Below, piece after piece: positions 10,942 through 20,027 of a stretch of DNA of 64,000 bases. The DNA is taken from positions 448,001 through 512,000 of the forward strand of contig CAXXXF010000003.1 of NCBI GenBank assembly GCA_963667175.2. The letters run 5' to 3'. Made by a program: the position numbers and the translations under genes. The notes under the pieces are model-generated. The model was given only the letters and a program-made list of their open reading frames with translations, was not told where the DNA came from and made no database searches. This stretch comes from Candidatus Latescibacterota bacterium (GTDB lineage: Bacteria > Latescibacterota > UBA2968 > GCA-2709665). Within the stretch, counting starts at the first letter, position 1. Every line of letters begins with the position of its first letter.

Positions 10942-11847
10942 TCATCCACCGGTCTCGATGCGCAGCGTCCCCCGGTTTCCATCCACAACAGCCGGGAGTC
11001 CGATTGGCAGCACCCGGCGTCCCGCCGTGTGTCCATACGGGAGCCCGCAGAAGACCGGCGCTGCAACCGAATTCGAAAAATCCCTTAGAACGTCGTCCAC
11101 GGCGCCTTCCTCCGCCCGTTCGGGATCGCAGCCTTCGAACTGCCCGAATACCACACCGGCCGCGCGGTCGAAGAAACCCGCCATCCGCAGCTGCGCCAGC
11201 ATGCGGTCCACGCGATACGGGGCCTCGTTCACGTCTTCCAGAAAGAGCAGAGCGCCGCTTGTAACCGGCAAATACCCGGTGCCCGCGAGTGAGGCGACCA
11301 CCGAGAGACAGCCGCCCATCAACGTCCCTTCCGCGGTTTGCCCCCGAAGCGGCTCGACACCGGTGATTGCGTCGAAGCGCCCGGCGGTGAGCGCGTTCCA
11401 CAGCGAGGTCTCGGTTGCTTCCGGCATTCCCGAGTCGGAAACGTCTCCGCACAGCGTCACGCCTGTATAACTCACCATTTCGGTGCGACTGAAGATTCCC
11501 AGTTGTAGCGCGGTCGTATCGCTGAACCCCACCAACGGCTTCGGATATCTTCTGATTGCCGCATAGTCGAGAGACCCCAGCACCCGGGCGGACCCGAAAC
11601 CGCCGCGGGTCGCGAATATAGCCCGGACCTCCGGATCGGCGAACATACGATTCAAATCCGCCGCCCTGGCTGGGTCGTGCCCGGCCAGGTACCGGTCCCG
11701 ATCGTAGACCGCCGAGCCGACTCGCACACGATACCCCCGTTCGCGCAGGTACGCCAGGCCAGGACGCAGTCGTTCCCGTTCGAACGATCCGGATGGCGAT
11801 ACAATTCCAATCAGATCGCCAGGTCGAATACAGGGTGGTACCACCAA
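10942..11847 (-). CDS. ldcA: LD-carboxypeptidase (S66)
   Basis: ATRGGFG, GFSDTT, FLEDVNE, PYGH. Confidence 0.9.
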   Translation of the reverse strand: MVVPPCIRPGDLIGIVSPSGSFERERLRPGLAYLRERGYRVRVGSAVYDRDRYLAGHDPARAADLNRMFADPEVRAIFATRGGFGSARVLGSLDYAAIRRYPKPLVGFSDTTALQLGIFSRTEMVSYTGVTLCGDVSDSGMPEATETSLWNALTAGRFDAITGVEPLRGQTAEGTLMGGCLSVVASLAGTGYLPVTSGALLFLEDVNEAPYRVDRMLAQLRMAGFFDRAAGVVFGQFEGCDPERAEEGAVDDVLRDFSNSVAAPVFCGLPYGHTAGRRVLPIGLPAVVDGNRGTLRIETGG

Positions 11848-11905
11848 TAGACCTTCCCCTCTGCAGATCGGATGACGATGAAGGAGGCCGGCGCGCGTCG
11901 GCGTC

Positions 11906-13270
11906 TCAGGGTGCGAACGATGTCAAAATCCCGTTGGCAAATTCCGTTAACGTGTCGTCTCGCGCCCCCATGATCAGCACCCGGTCGCCAGACCGCGCCT
12001 CTTCCAAAAACCAGCGTGCGACGTCTTCCCGCTCGTCGAAAAACGCCGCATGAATACCCCGATCTGAAATCGCGTCGATCAGGTCCCGGGAAGAAATGTC
12101 GCGCACCGCTGTTCCGCCCGCGTAGAAAATTTCGGGCATCGCCAGCAAATCCCGTCTTTCGAGCCCTTCCGAGAATGCGGAGATCAGCCCGTCTCTGAGA
12201 AATCGCGTCGGCGCGAATCCGGTTGGCTGGAACATCACCAGCAACCGACCGGGTTGTTCCTTGAGCGTGGAGAGTGTGGCCGCAATCTTGTCGGGGTTGT
12301 GCGCGAAATCATCGATCACCGTTACACCGCCGGCCGCGCCCAGTACCTGCAGGCGCCGCCTGATGCCGGCAAAGGTGGCCAGCGCGTCGGCCGATTGCGA
12401 GACCGGCACGCCCAATGCGCTGCAGGCGGCTACGGCCGCGGCGGCATTCGAGACATTATGCCTGCCTGGCGCCATCAGGCGAAACACGACTTCATCGACC
12501 TCGAACGCCACGCCGTCCGGCAGCGGCCGGACCCGTTCCGCGCAGACCTGCGCACGCCGGTTGTCCACGCCAAAGCCGATCCCCGCCACTCCCAATGAAA
12601 CGGATGACTCACAGTCCATGTTGATGACGACCGCCCGGCGGGCTTTCCGCACGAATCCACGAAACATTTCGCACAGTTCCGGAAGCGGCTTGTGATCGTG
12701 AGAAATATTGGTCAGAACTGCAATAGAAGGCTCGTACAGGACAATCGTGCCGTCGCTTTCGTCCGCTTCAATCACCTGCAGGCCCGGATCGCCGCAGACG
12801 GCGTTCCCCGTCAGCGATGGCGACTCGTTCAGGAGGGAGCCCCCGAGAATAGCGGTAGGATTCCGGCCCACCCGCTTCAGAATGTGAGCGATCATGCCTG
12901 TAACGGTCGTTTTTCCGCTCGTGCCTCCGACGGCGATCCCTTCCGCCAGGTTGAACAGCTCCGCCAGCACCTCCGCGCGCTTTCGGACGGGAATCCGCAA
13001 ACGCAGCGCGGCCCGCACGTCGGGAACGTGTTCTTCCACGGCCGCCGACACGATCAGTTCTTCCACGGTTCTGTCCACGCCCGACCCATCCTGGGGAAAT
13101 AACGCGATGCCCTGCGCCCGGAGCTGCTCGAAGAGCTTCCGGTTCTGGCCGGCATCCCGGCTGCGGTCGGACCCGCGCACCGTGCGACCCTGGCGCCGCA
13201 GCACCTGCGCCAGCGCGCTCATCCCGCTTCCTCCGATCCCACAGAAAAAAACCGATTTCCCGGCCGTCAC
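11906..13270 (-). CDS. MurC/Mpl-family Mur ligase
   Basis: GIGGSGMS, GTSGKTT, EADESDG, DDFAHNP; GTG start after AAAGGAGG. Confidence 0.85.
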   Translation of the reverse strand: MTAGKSVFFCGIGGSGMSALAQVLRRQGRTVRGSDRSRDAGQNRKLFEQLRAQGIALFPQDGSGVDRTVEELIVSAAVEEHVPDVRAALRLRIPVRKRAEVLAELFNLAEGIAVGGTSGKTTVTGMIAHILKRVGRNPTAILGGSLLNESPSLTGNAVCGDPGLQVIEADESDGTIVLYEPSIAVLTNISHDHKPLPELCEMFRGFVRKARRAVVINMDCESSVSLGVAGIGFGVDNRRAQVCAERVRPLPDGVAFEVDEVVFRLMAPGRHNVSNAAAAVAACSALGVPVSQSADALATFAGIRRRLQVLGAAGGVTVIDDFAHNPDKIAATLSTLKEQPGRLLVMFQPTGFAPTRFLRDGLISAFSEGLERRDLLAMPEIFYAGGTAVRDISSRDLIDAISDRGIHAAFFDEREDVARWFLEEARSGDRVLIMGARDDTLTEFANGILTSFAP

Positions 13271-13312
13271 GCCGCCTCCTTTCCCGCTGACGCAGAAACG
13301 CACGGTCCCACC

Positions 13313-13341
13313 ATACTAAAGACCGGCGTGCGGAATGTCAA
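13313..13341 (-). promoter_or_regulatory. sigma70-type promoter for Mur ligase operon
   Basis: TTGACA-N17-TAGTAT on minus strand. Confidence 0.6.
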
Positions 13342-13480
13342 GCGGACAGGAAAATCAAAGGGAATCCGAAACACGGGCCTCGCCGTCGCCGTTCAGCAGC
13401 CGGCAGCGTCGACCGGACCGTACGCCGGACGAAGGAATCTGCGCGTCGGTTTCCGGATTCGAATCGGAGGCCTTCTTCCA

Positions 13481-13509
13481 TTGACACACCGGCAGGGGTA
13501 CAGTATATT
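13481..13509 (+). promoter_or_regulatory. sigma70-type promoter
   Basis: TTGACA-N17-TATATT. Confidence 0.6.
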
Positions 13510-13570
13510 TCGACTTCTGGGTCTGAAGCGATTTTGGCAATACAACCTCCTATTATACAAGGAGTTCTAC

Positions 13571-14773
13571 ATGGGCGGCATGTTTCGTCACGTGCTGACC
13601 GACGTGGAACGGTCGCTCTGGACCGAATCCTGGTCCGTTGATGAGGACGCCCTGTCCCTCGGGACCGGATCCGCGTGGAGCGTGAGGAAGAAAACCCTTC
13701 AGGGGGGCCTGCAGGCGGGCATCGACCTTATTGAAGTGGACAACGGCGCCTTCTCATTCTCTATTGTGCCGACACGCGGCATGGGAATCTGGAAGGGCGT
13801 CTACCGGGGCATCCCGATCGGATGGGAATCGCCGGTCCGCGAATTGGTCCATCCCGCTCACGTAGACGCCAACGATCGGGGCGGACTCGGCTGGCTGAAG
13901 GGCTTCAACGAATGGATCGTTCGCTGCGGCCTGGAAAGCAACGGCGCGCCCACGAACGACGTGATCATCGACAATAACGGAAACGAAGCCACGGTATTCC
14001 TCCCGCTGCACGGAAAAATCGCAAACGTCCCGGCGCGCTACGTGGAGGTGTGCGTCGACCCGACCCCACCGCATCGCATCACGGTTACGGGCGTCGTCGA
14101 TGAGGCCATGATGTTCGGTCCCGCGCTGCGATTGACCACTCGTATTTCAACGGAACCAGGCGCAAACAGCTTGTCCATTTCGGACCGGATCACAAATCTC
14201 AACAACAGACCCGCCGAAATGCAGATGCTGTACCACTGCAACTACGGCCCCCCGTTGCTGGAAGAGGGCAGCGCCCTCGTGGCCCCCGCAAGGTCCGTAT
14301 CGCCAAGAGACGCCCGGGCGCAGAAGGACGTCTCCGCGTACGATAAATTCGGCGCCCCGGAACCCGGTTTCGTCGAACAGGTCTATTTTTACGAATTGGC
14401 GGGAAAGCGAGGCAGCGGTCAGACGGCGGTGCTGCTCAAGAACGCCAGCGGAGACCTGGGGTCCAGCCTGCACTGCTCGCTCAAGCAACTGCCCTGCTTT
14501 ACGCTCTGGAAGAACACGGCCGCAACCGAAGACGGATACGTCGCCGGTCTGGAACCGGCGACCAACTACCCGAATCCCAGACCGTTCGAGCGCCAGCATG
14601 GCCGTGTGGCCACACTGAAAGCCGGCGAGTCCCGTCGTATGGACCTTACGGTTGCCGTCCACGACAGCAGGAAAAAGGTCCGAGACGTGGAACGGGCCAT
14701 CGAGCAGATCCGGAAAACCGTGAAAACCGGAGTTTCCGGGACGCCCCTCAAGAGACTGTCCGATGCGGGGTAG
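13571..14773 (+). CDS. Aldose 1-epimerase-like protein (DUF4432-like)
   Basis: PTRGMGIW, LHGKIAN, LYHCNYG, GLEPATNYP; AAGGAG before ATG. Confidence 0.8.
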   Translation: MGGMFRHVLTDVERSLWTESWSVDEDALSLGTGSAWSVRKKTLQGGLQAGIDLIEVDNGAFSFSIVPTRGMGIWKGVYRGIPIGWESPVRELVHPAHVDANDRGGLGWLKGFNEWIVRCGLESNGAPTNDVIIDNNGNEATVFLPLHGKIANVPARYVEVCVDPTPPHRITVTGVVDEAMMFGPALRLTTRISTEPGANSLSISDRITNLNNRPAEMQMLYHCNYGPPLLEEGSALVAPARSVSPRDARAQKDVSAYDKFGAPEPGFVEQVYFYELAGKRGSGQTAVLLKNASGDLGSSLHCSLKQLPCFTLWKNTAATEDGYVAGLEPATNYPNPRPFERQHGRVATLKAGESRRMDLTVAVHDSRKKVRDVERAIEQIRKTVKTGVSGTPLKRLSDAG

Positions 14774-14869
14774 AGCGGCCACGTACCTGCGTTTCAGGAT
14801 CGGCCCTCGGGCTGTCAGGGTGACTGCGCCGTCGGCATCCGCAAGCCGTATGACGGAATCATCGAAAGG

Positions 14870-17800
14870 ATGACATTCGTGATTTCCACGCCGACTTTTC
14901 AGGAACTCATTCTTCGCCTCGAGCGGTACTGGGCGGACCGGGGATGCGTCATCTGGCAGCCTTACAATGAAAAGGTGGGCGCCGGGACGATGAATCCCGC
15001 CACGGTCCTTCGAGTGCTCGGTCCCGAGTCCTGGAACGCGGCCTACGTTGAACCCAGCTTCCGTCCGGACGACGGACGATTCGGCGAGAACCCGAATCGG
15101 ATGCAGATGCACACGCAGTACCAGGTTGTTCTCAAGCCCGAGCCGGGCAACCCCCAGGAACTTTATCTGGATAGCCTGGAAGCGTTGGGCCTGGATCGGC
15201 GGCAGCACGACGTCCGTTTTGTGGAAGACAACTGGGCACAGCCCGCACTGGGCGCGTGGGGCCTGGGATGGGAGGTCTGGCTCGACGGACTGGAAATCAC
15301 CCAGTTCACCTATTTCCAGCAGGCCGGAGGCCTGCCCCTGGACCCGGTGCCGGTCGAAATCACCTACGGCATGGAACGTATCGCGATGTACGTGCAGGAC
15401 GTGAAGGAAGTCTGGCAGCTTCAATGGAACGAACAGGTCTCCTACGGCGACGTTCTCAGACAGCAGGAGGTGGAATACTGCAACTACGCGTTCCACTCCG
15501 CAAACGTGGAGCGCCTGCATACCATGTTCAAACTCTTCCATGACGAAGCCGAAGCCGCCATAGACCGGGGTCTTGTCATTCCCGCCCATGACTACGTGTT
15601 GCGGTGCTCTCACACCTTCAACCTGCTGGACACCCGGGGCGCCGTCGGCGTTACCGAGCGCGCGCGGTACTTCGCGCAGATCCGCGGCCTCGCCACACAG
15701 GTGGCCGAAGGGTTCGCCCGACAGCGCGAAGCATCCGGCCACCCTCTCAAAAGGAAGACCAGAGCCGCAACTGCGCCGAATTCGGGACCGGACGCTGAAC
15801 CGCTGGAGCGCGCCGACCTGCTCATGGAGATCGGATCCGAGGAACTACCGCCTCAAGACGTACGGTCGGGGATCGAACAGCTCGAAACGTCACTGCCCGA
15901 GCTTCTTCAGGAGCAGAGGCTGGGATATGAAGACGTCGATATCACCGGTACTCCCAGACGGCTTGTGGTCAACGTCAGGAATCTCGATGGCCGGCAGCCA
16001 GACCGCAAACGCGAAGTACGCGGACCGGCCGTGAAAGCCGCCTACGACGACGAAGGAAGCCCCACGCGCGCTCTCGAGGGGTTCTGTCGCGGCCAGGGCA
16101 TCTCTCCGGGATCGGTGGAACACAGGCAGGACGGCAAGGGCGTCGAATACGTCTACGCAATGCGTCACGAGCCCGGACGCCAAACACTGGAAATCCTGTC
16201 GGAACTCCTTCCCGGGCTGATTGACGGCCTGAACTTCCCGAAAACAATGCGTTGGGACTCCGACGGCTTCGCCTATCCCCGACCTCTGCGCTGGATTGTC
16301 GCCCTGTTTGGAAACCGGATTATCCCCTTCGCCCTCGCCCGGATCCGGAGTGGACGTACCAGCCATGGTCTGCGGTCCGCGGGCGATCCGCCCGTCCAAC
16401 TGAAGTCCGCCGCCGCCTATCGTCAAGAGATGAATGAAAGGGGACTGATCGTCGACCGCGACCGGCGAAGAGAGTCGATATGGAATCAGGTTCTCGAACA
16501 GGCGCGCGCGGTCGGCGGCAGCGTGAGGGAGGACCCCGAACTGCTCGATGAAGTCACGGACCTCGTCGAAGCGCCTTTCGCGCTTCGCGGCGGTTTCGAT
16601 GAAACCCACCTCGAACTGCCGCAGGAGGTCCTGATCAGCGTACTTGAGAAACACCAGCGCTGCTTCCCCATCGTACACCCGGAGACGGACCGGCTTCTGC
16701 CCTGGTTTGTCGCCGTATCCAACGGCAAGCCGGGGGATCCCGGCCCCGTCGTTCGCGGGAACGAAAGTGTCGTTCGCGCCAGATTTGCGGACGCCGCCTT
16801 CTTCTACAGGGAAGACGGCCGGAAAGCGCTGGAAGACTACCTGCCGCGTCTGGATACGCTCACCTACCAGGACGAACTCGGCTCCGTGAGGGACAAGAGC
16901 GCGCGAATCGAGCGGCTGATCGCTGCGGTCGCGTCCGATCTGGGACTGACAGAGAGCAGTACGAGCACGGCAGGGCGAGCGGCACGGCTTTGCAAAGCCG
17001 ATCTGGCCACCGGGATGGTCGTCGAGATGACGTCCCTTCAGGGCGTGATGGGCCGCTATTACGCGCTGGCTTCCGGTGAGTCCGACGCCGTTGCACACGC
17101 CATTGAAGAACACTACTTTCCGCGCTTTCCGGGCGATCTGCTGCCGGAGAGCGATTCCGGATTTGCGGTCTCCGTCGCCGACCGGCTGGACAGCCTGGCC
17201 GGCCTGTTCTGTGCCGGCATCAAGCCCCGGTCCACCGCCGACCCCTATGGGCTGAGGCGCGACGCGTTGGGCCTCCTCGCGCTGCTCATCGGGAAACGCT
17301 GCCACTTCTCCCTCAAGAAAGGCCTGGAGGCCGCGGCATCAAGGCTGCCTATCCGGATCGATGCGGATCGATTGAACGACGCATATACCTTCATCCTGCG
17401 CCGCCTTGGCGTACAACTGAAAGAGGAGGGCTTTCGCCACGACGTGGTCGAAGCGGCCCTTGGCGGCGGATGCGACGATCCTCTTGGCCTTCGCCACATT
17501 GTGGAAGGCCTCGATCGAATGGTCCGATCGGATCATTGGACGGAGACGCTTCATGCATACGCGCGCTGCAGGCGCATTGTCCGCGACCTGGATGAAGTCC
17601 ATCCCTTGAACGCAGACGCGGATCCGGCCCCCTCTTCCCGCAGCCTCTTTGAAAAGTGGCGGGACGCCCGGAACATGATGGATCGCTCCGATGCAAGGAT
17701 CGACACGTTGGAAAGCGTGCTTGCCGATCTGCGCGGACCCATTAACACCTTCTTCGACGAAGTCATGGTGATGGATGAAGATCCGGTCCTGCGGGCGGCA

Positions 17801-17875
17801 CGCCTGGCGCTGGTTCAGCGCATCGCCTCTCTCGCCGACGGCGTTGCGGACCTGAGCAGGCTGGAGGGGTTTTGA
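14870..17875 (+). CDS. glyQS: Glycine-tRNA ligase, fused alpha+beta
   Basis: Alpha motifs ([28 protein letters not shown]) and beta motifs ([25 protein letters not shown]) in one 1001-aa frame. Confidence 0.95.
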   Translation: MTFVISTPTFQELILRLERYWADRGCVIWQPYNEKVGAGTMNPATVLRVLGPESWNAAYVEPSFRPDDGRFGENPNRMQMHTQYQVVLKPEPGNPQELYLDSLEALGLDRRQHDVRFVEDNWAQPALGAWGLGWEVWLDGLEITQFTYFQQAGGLPLDPVPVEITYGMERIAMYVQDVKEVWQLQWNEQVSYGDVLRQQEVEYCNYAFHSANVERLHTMFKLFHDEAEAAIDRGLVIPAHDYVLRCSHTFNLLDTRGAVGVTERARYFAQIRGLATQVAEGFARQREASGHPLKRKTRAATAPNSGPDAEPLERADLLMEIGSEELPPQDVRSGIEQLETSLPELLQEQRLGYEDVDITGTPRRLVVNVRNLDGRQPDRKREVRGPAVKAAYDDEGSPTRALEGFCRGQGISPGSVEHRQDGKGVEYVYAMRHEPGRQTLEILSELLPGLIDGLNFPKTMRWDSDGFAYPRPLRWIVALFGNRIIPFALARIRSGRTSHGLRSAGDPPVQLKSAAAYRQEMNERGLIVDRDRRRESIWNQVLEQARAVGGSVREDPELLDEVTDLVEAPFALRGGFDETHLELPQEVLISVLEKHQRCFPIVHPETDRLLPWFVAVSNGKPGDPGPVVRGNESVVRARFADAAFFYREDGRKALEDYLPRLDTLTYQDELGSVRDKSARIERLIAAVASDLGLTESSTSTAGRAARLCKADLATGMVVEMTSLQGVMGRYYALASGESDAVAHAIEEHYFPRFPGDLLPESDSGFAVSVADRLDSLAGLFCAGIKPRSTADPYGLRRDALGLLALLIGKRCHFSLKKGLEAAASRLPIRIDADRLNDAYTFILRRLGVQLKEEGFRHDVVEAALGGGCDDPLGLRHIVEGLDRMVRSDHWTETLHAYARCRRIVRDLDEVHPLNADADPAPSSRSLFEKWRDARNMMDRSDARIDTLESVLADLRGPINTFFDEVMVMDEDPVLRAARLALVQRIASLADGVADLSRLEGF

Positions 17876-17939
17876 GCCGGAACGCCGGCGGGTATTCGCC
17901 GGATCGAACCTCTCCGGAGACGCTTCCATTCTGGTTCGC

Positions 17940-18521
17940 ATGCGTATAATTACGGGAAAACTCAAGGGCCGGACCATCCCCTTCGACGTCGGGAAAAACG
18001 GAAACGCGCGCGTTACGCCGGGGAGGGTGAAAGAGGCCGCGTTCACGATACTGGGCGCCAGACTCGACCAACTTCACTTTCTCGATCTCTTTTCCTGTTC
18101 CGGACAGATCGGGCTCGAGGCGTACAGCCGCGGCGCCAGGGTGCTTCTGAACGAGCCGGATCGTCGCCGGCGCCGCTTTATTTCAAAGCTGCTGACGGAC
18201 TGGGGTGTGGAGCGACAGATCCGACTGTTGGGTCAGCCGGCGGAGACAATTCTGACGTTACTGGAGTCGGAAAAGCGGCACTTTGACGTGATTTACCTGG
18301 ATCCGCCGTACCGGCTGCAAATGGACGGGGCTCCGTTCGCCGTCGCCATCCTTACCCGTCTGAGCGGCTCGATGCTCGTTGCTCCGTCGGGCCATGTCCT
18401 CATCCAACACGTTGCGGACCTGGAGTTGCCCGTCTCCGTCGGGCCCTTTGCGTTGCGGGTACGGAAGAACTACGGCGGAACGTCATTATCCTTCTACCGG
18501 AAGGTGGTCGGCGGCGGATAA
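17940..18521 (+). CDS. rsmD: 16S rRNA m2G966 methyltransferase RsmD
   Basis: MRIITGKLKGR, FLDLFSCSG, YLDPPY. Confidence 0.85.
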   Translation: MRIITGKLKGRTIPFDVGKNGNARVTPGRVKEAAFTILGARLDQLHFLDLFSCSGQIGLEAYSRGARVLLNEPDRRRRRFISKLLTDWGVERQIRLLGQPAETILTLLESEKRHFDVIYLDPPYRLQMDGAPFAVAILTRLSGSMLVAPSGHVLIQHVADLELPVSVGPFALRVRKNYGGTSLSFYRKVVGGG

Positions 18522-18610
18522 GCGTCAGTGCGAAATTTCCACTTGCCCTGGCACGCCAACGTATTTATTTTTTAATGCATCCAACCCCTGTTCGGAAAGG
18601 AGCCGACCCC

Positions 18611-18889
18611 ATGGATACAATGCACGAGTCCATCGAATTTCGCCCCCGGGGCCGAACGCTTGCCATGGGCGGCATCCCCTGGCTGCCGCGGATCACGGAC
18701 AAGGCCCGGGCCATGCTGCGGAACAATATCGGCGACTACGTCTACCCCTGACCCGCCGACCGGAAGTTCCTGGAGGAACTCGGCATATCGGCAGAAAAGT
18801 TCACCCGTATCGTCTCGGAGTGCAAACTGGACGAGGAAGTCATCGAACGCGTCCGCCCCTATTTCGAGAAGTCCCAAAGTCGCCGATAA
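18611..18889 (+). CDS. DUF5069-like small protein with in-frame TGA (codon 47), candidate selenoprotein
   Basis: AAGGAG RBS; MDTMHESIEFRPRGRTLAMGGIPWLPRITDKARAMLRNNIGDYVYP-TGA-PADRKFLEELGISAEKFTRIVSECKLDEEVIERVRPYFEKSQSRR-TAA; family-like sequence continues past the TGA, which occupies the YxCPxD Cys position. Confidence 0.8.
18755..18792 (+). promoter_or_regulatory. Putative bacterial SECIS hairpin
   Basis: GCCGA/TCGGC, CCG/CGG and AGTTCC/GGAACT stems, apical loop TGGA beginning after a 19-nt spacer from TGA (18749-18751). Confidence 0.7.
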
Positions 18890-18896
18890 AACAGGA

Positions 18897-18934
18897 AAGC
18901 CGCCACGCCGTGCGCGGCGGCTTCGCACTTTTTT
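18897..18934 (+). terminator. Rho-independent terminator
   Basis: AAGCCGCC/GGCGGCTT stem followed shortly by T6, just after the TAA at 18887-18889. Confidence 0.55.
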
Positions 18935-18952
18935 CTCCTGATCGGAACGCTA

Positions 18953-19885
18953 TCACGTCCCGCGTTCCGGCAATGCCTGTCTGGCCAGCGCCCTGATCTC
19001 GCCTGACCCCATCCGAAGCAATCCGTCGATCCCGATCACGTCGGCCGCGAAAAGTTGCGGACATTCCTGGGCAGCCAGATCGTATGCTTCTTCGACGTCG
19101 TAGTTGACCCCTCTGTACCTGTAGAGTTGGCCCAGGCTATCCAACTGACCACTGCGTCTCAGTGAATTCGTCACGCCCATCTTGAAGTAATATAACTGAC
19201 GGTCTCTCCTGTCTCCCCACCTCAAGGTATCCGGCTCCGGGACATCCGCCATCGATCGGTCGAGTTCCGCCTGAAAGGCGTCGATCTGGCCGTCGACCAT
19301 CTCCAGCAGCCCCCGGAGGACTTCTCTGCGAGCGGCCTCTCTCTCGTCCTGAAGCATGTCCTGAAGTACCAGCGCTGCCTTTCCGTAAAACACGTAACGT
19401 TCGCGTTTCCCCTCTCCGAACAGATCCATTTCAATGGCTTCGGCCTTTCGCGCCAGGGCCTCCAGGTCAAGGGTATCGTCGCCCACGCCGGCGTAGTCGT
19501 CGTCCCCGCGCGCGACCTGAATGCCGACCAGAAAGGCCTGCTCGATAATTTGCATCATATTCTCGGCCGGATCGAATATCCGCAACTTCCCGGACTCTTT
19601 TCTTTCCGTGCGTACCGGGTCGGCGCCGGGCATGAACCCCCGTCCGACCAGTACCTGCTCAGCTTCTATTCCCATGCGGCCCAGCAGTTCACGGAGCACG
19701 CCGCTCAACGTCGGTTGCCCCGCAGCCGGCAGGAATTCCCCCCGGTCTTCCACGACGAGGTCCGCCATCTCGGCCGCCAGCGTTTCGTCTCCCTCGGAAT
19801 CGCCATTCCTTCGCGTGTCCCGTGCGCGCGTCAGACGGAAGACAATCACGAATATCAACAGGACAGCCACGACGACGTAGACCAT
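18953..19885 (-). CDS. Hypothetical protein with N-terminal membrane anchor
   Basis: 310-aa ORF, GGGAG RBS, hydrophobic N-terminus, no recognised family. Confidence 0.7.
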   Translation of the reverse strand: MVYVVVAVLLIFVIVFRLTRARDTRRNGDSEGDETLAAEMADLVVEDRGEFLPAAGQPTLSGVLRELLGRMGIEAEQVLVGRGFMPGADPVRTERKESGKLRIFDPAENMMQIIEQAFLVGIQVARGDDDYAGVGDDTLDLEALARKAEAIEMDLFGEGKRERYVFYGKAALVLQDMLQDEREAARREVLRGLLEMVDGQIDAFQAELDRSMADVPEPDTLRWGDRRDRQLYYFKMGVTNSLRRSGQLDSLGQLYRYRGVNYDVEEAYDLAAQECPQLFAADVIGIDGLLRMGSGEIRALARQALPERGT

Positions 19886-19907
19886 GTAAAGCGTACTCCC
19901 GTCCTAG

Positions 19908-20027
19908 CAGCCCGTTGAAAAAGCCCATCCGGGCTGCCTGCCTGTGCGTTCGCACGCAGACAGGCGCGTCTTGTCTTCGGCCACAATGACTCGGCCTCGC
20001 CTGCAGAGCGACTTTTTCAACGGACTG
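19908..20027. mobile_element. MITE copy A (120 bp)
   Basis: TIRs CAGCCCGTTGAAAAAG / CTTTTTCAACGGACTG (15/16), flanked by CTAG on both sides. Confidence 0.8.

Noticed and set aside
14147-17305. Long antisense ORFs (531 and 471 aa) over glyQS, and similar ones over other genes (e.g. 38855-40390)
   Set aside because: Shadow ORFs expected from high-GC codon bias; no motifs
18660-18941. ORF-track calls 18660-18941 (+), 18379-18996 (+) and 18572-18928 (-)
   Set aside because: No RBS or family features; the RBS-led frame from 18611 with the internal TGA explains the region better
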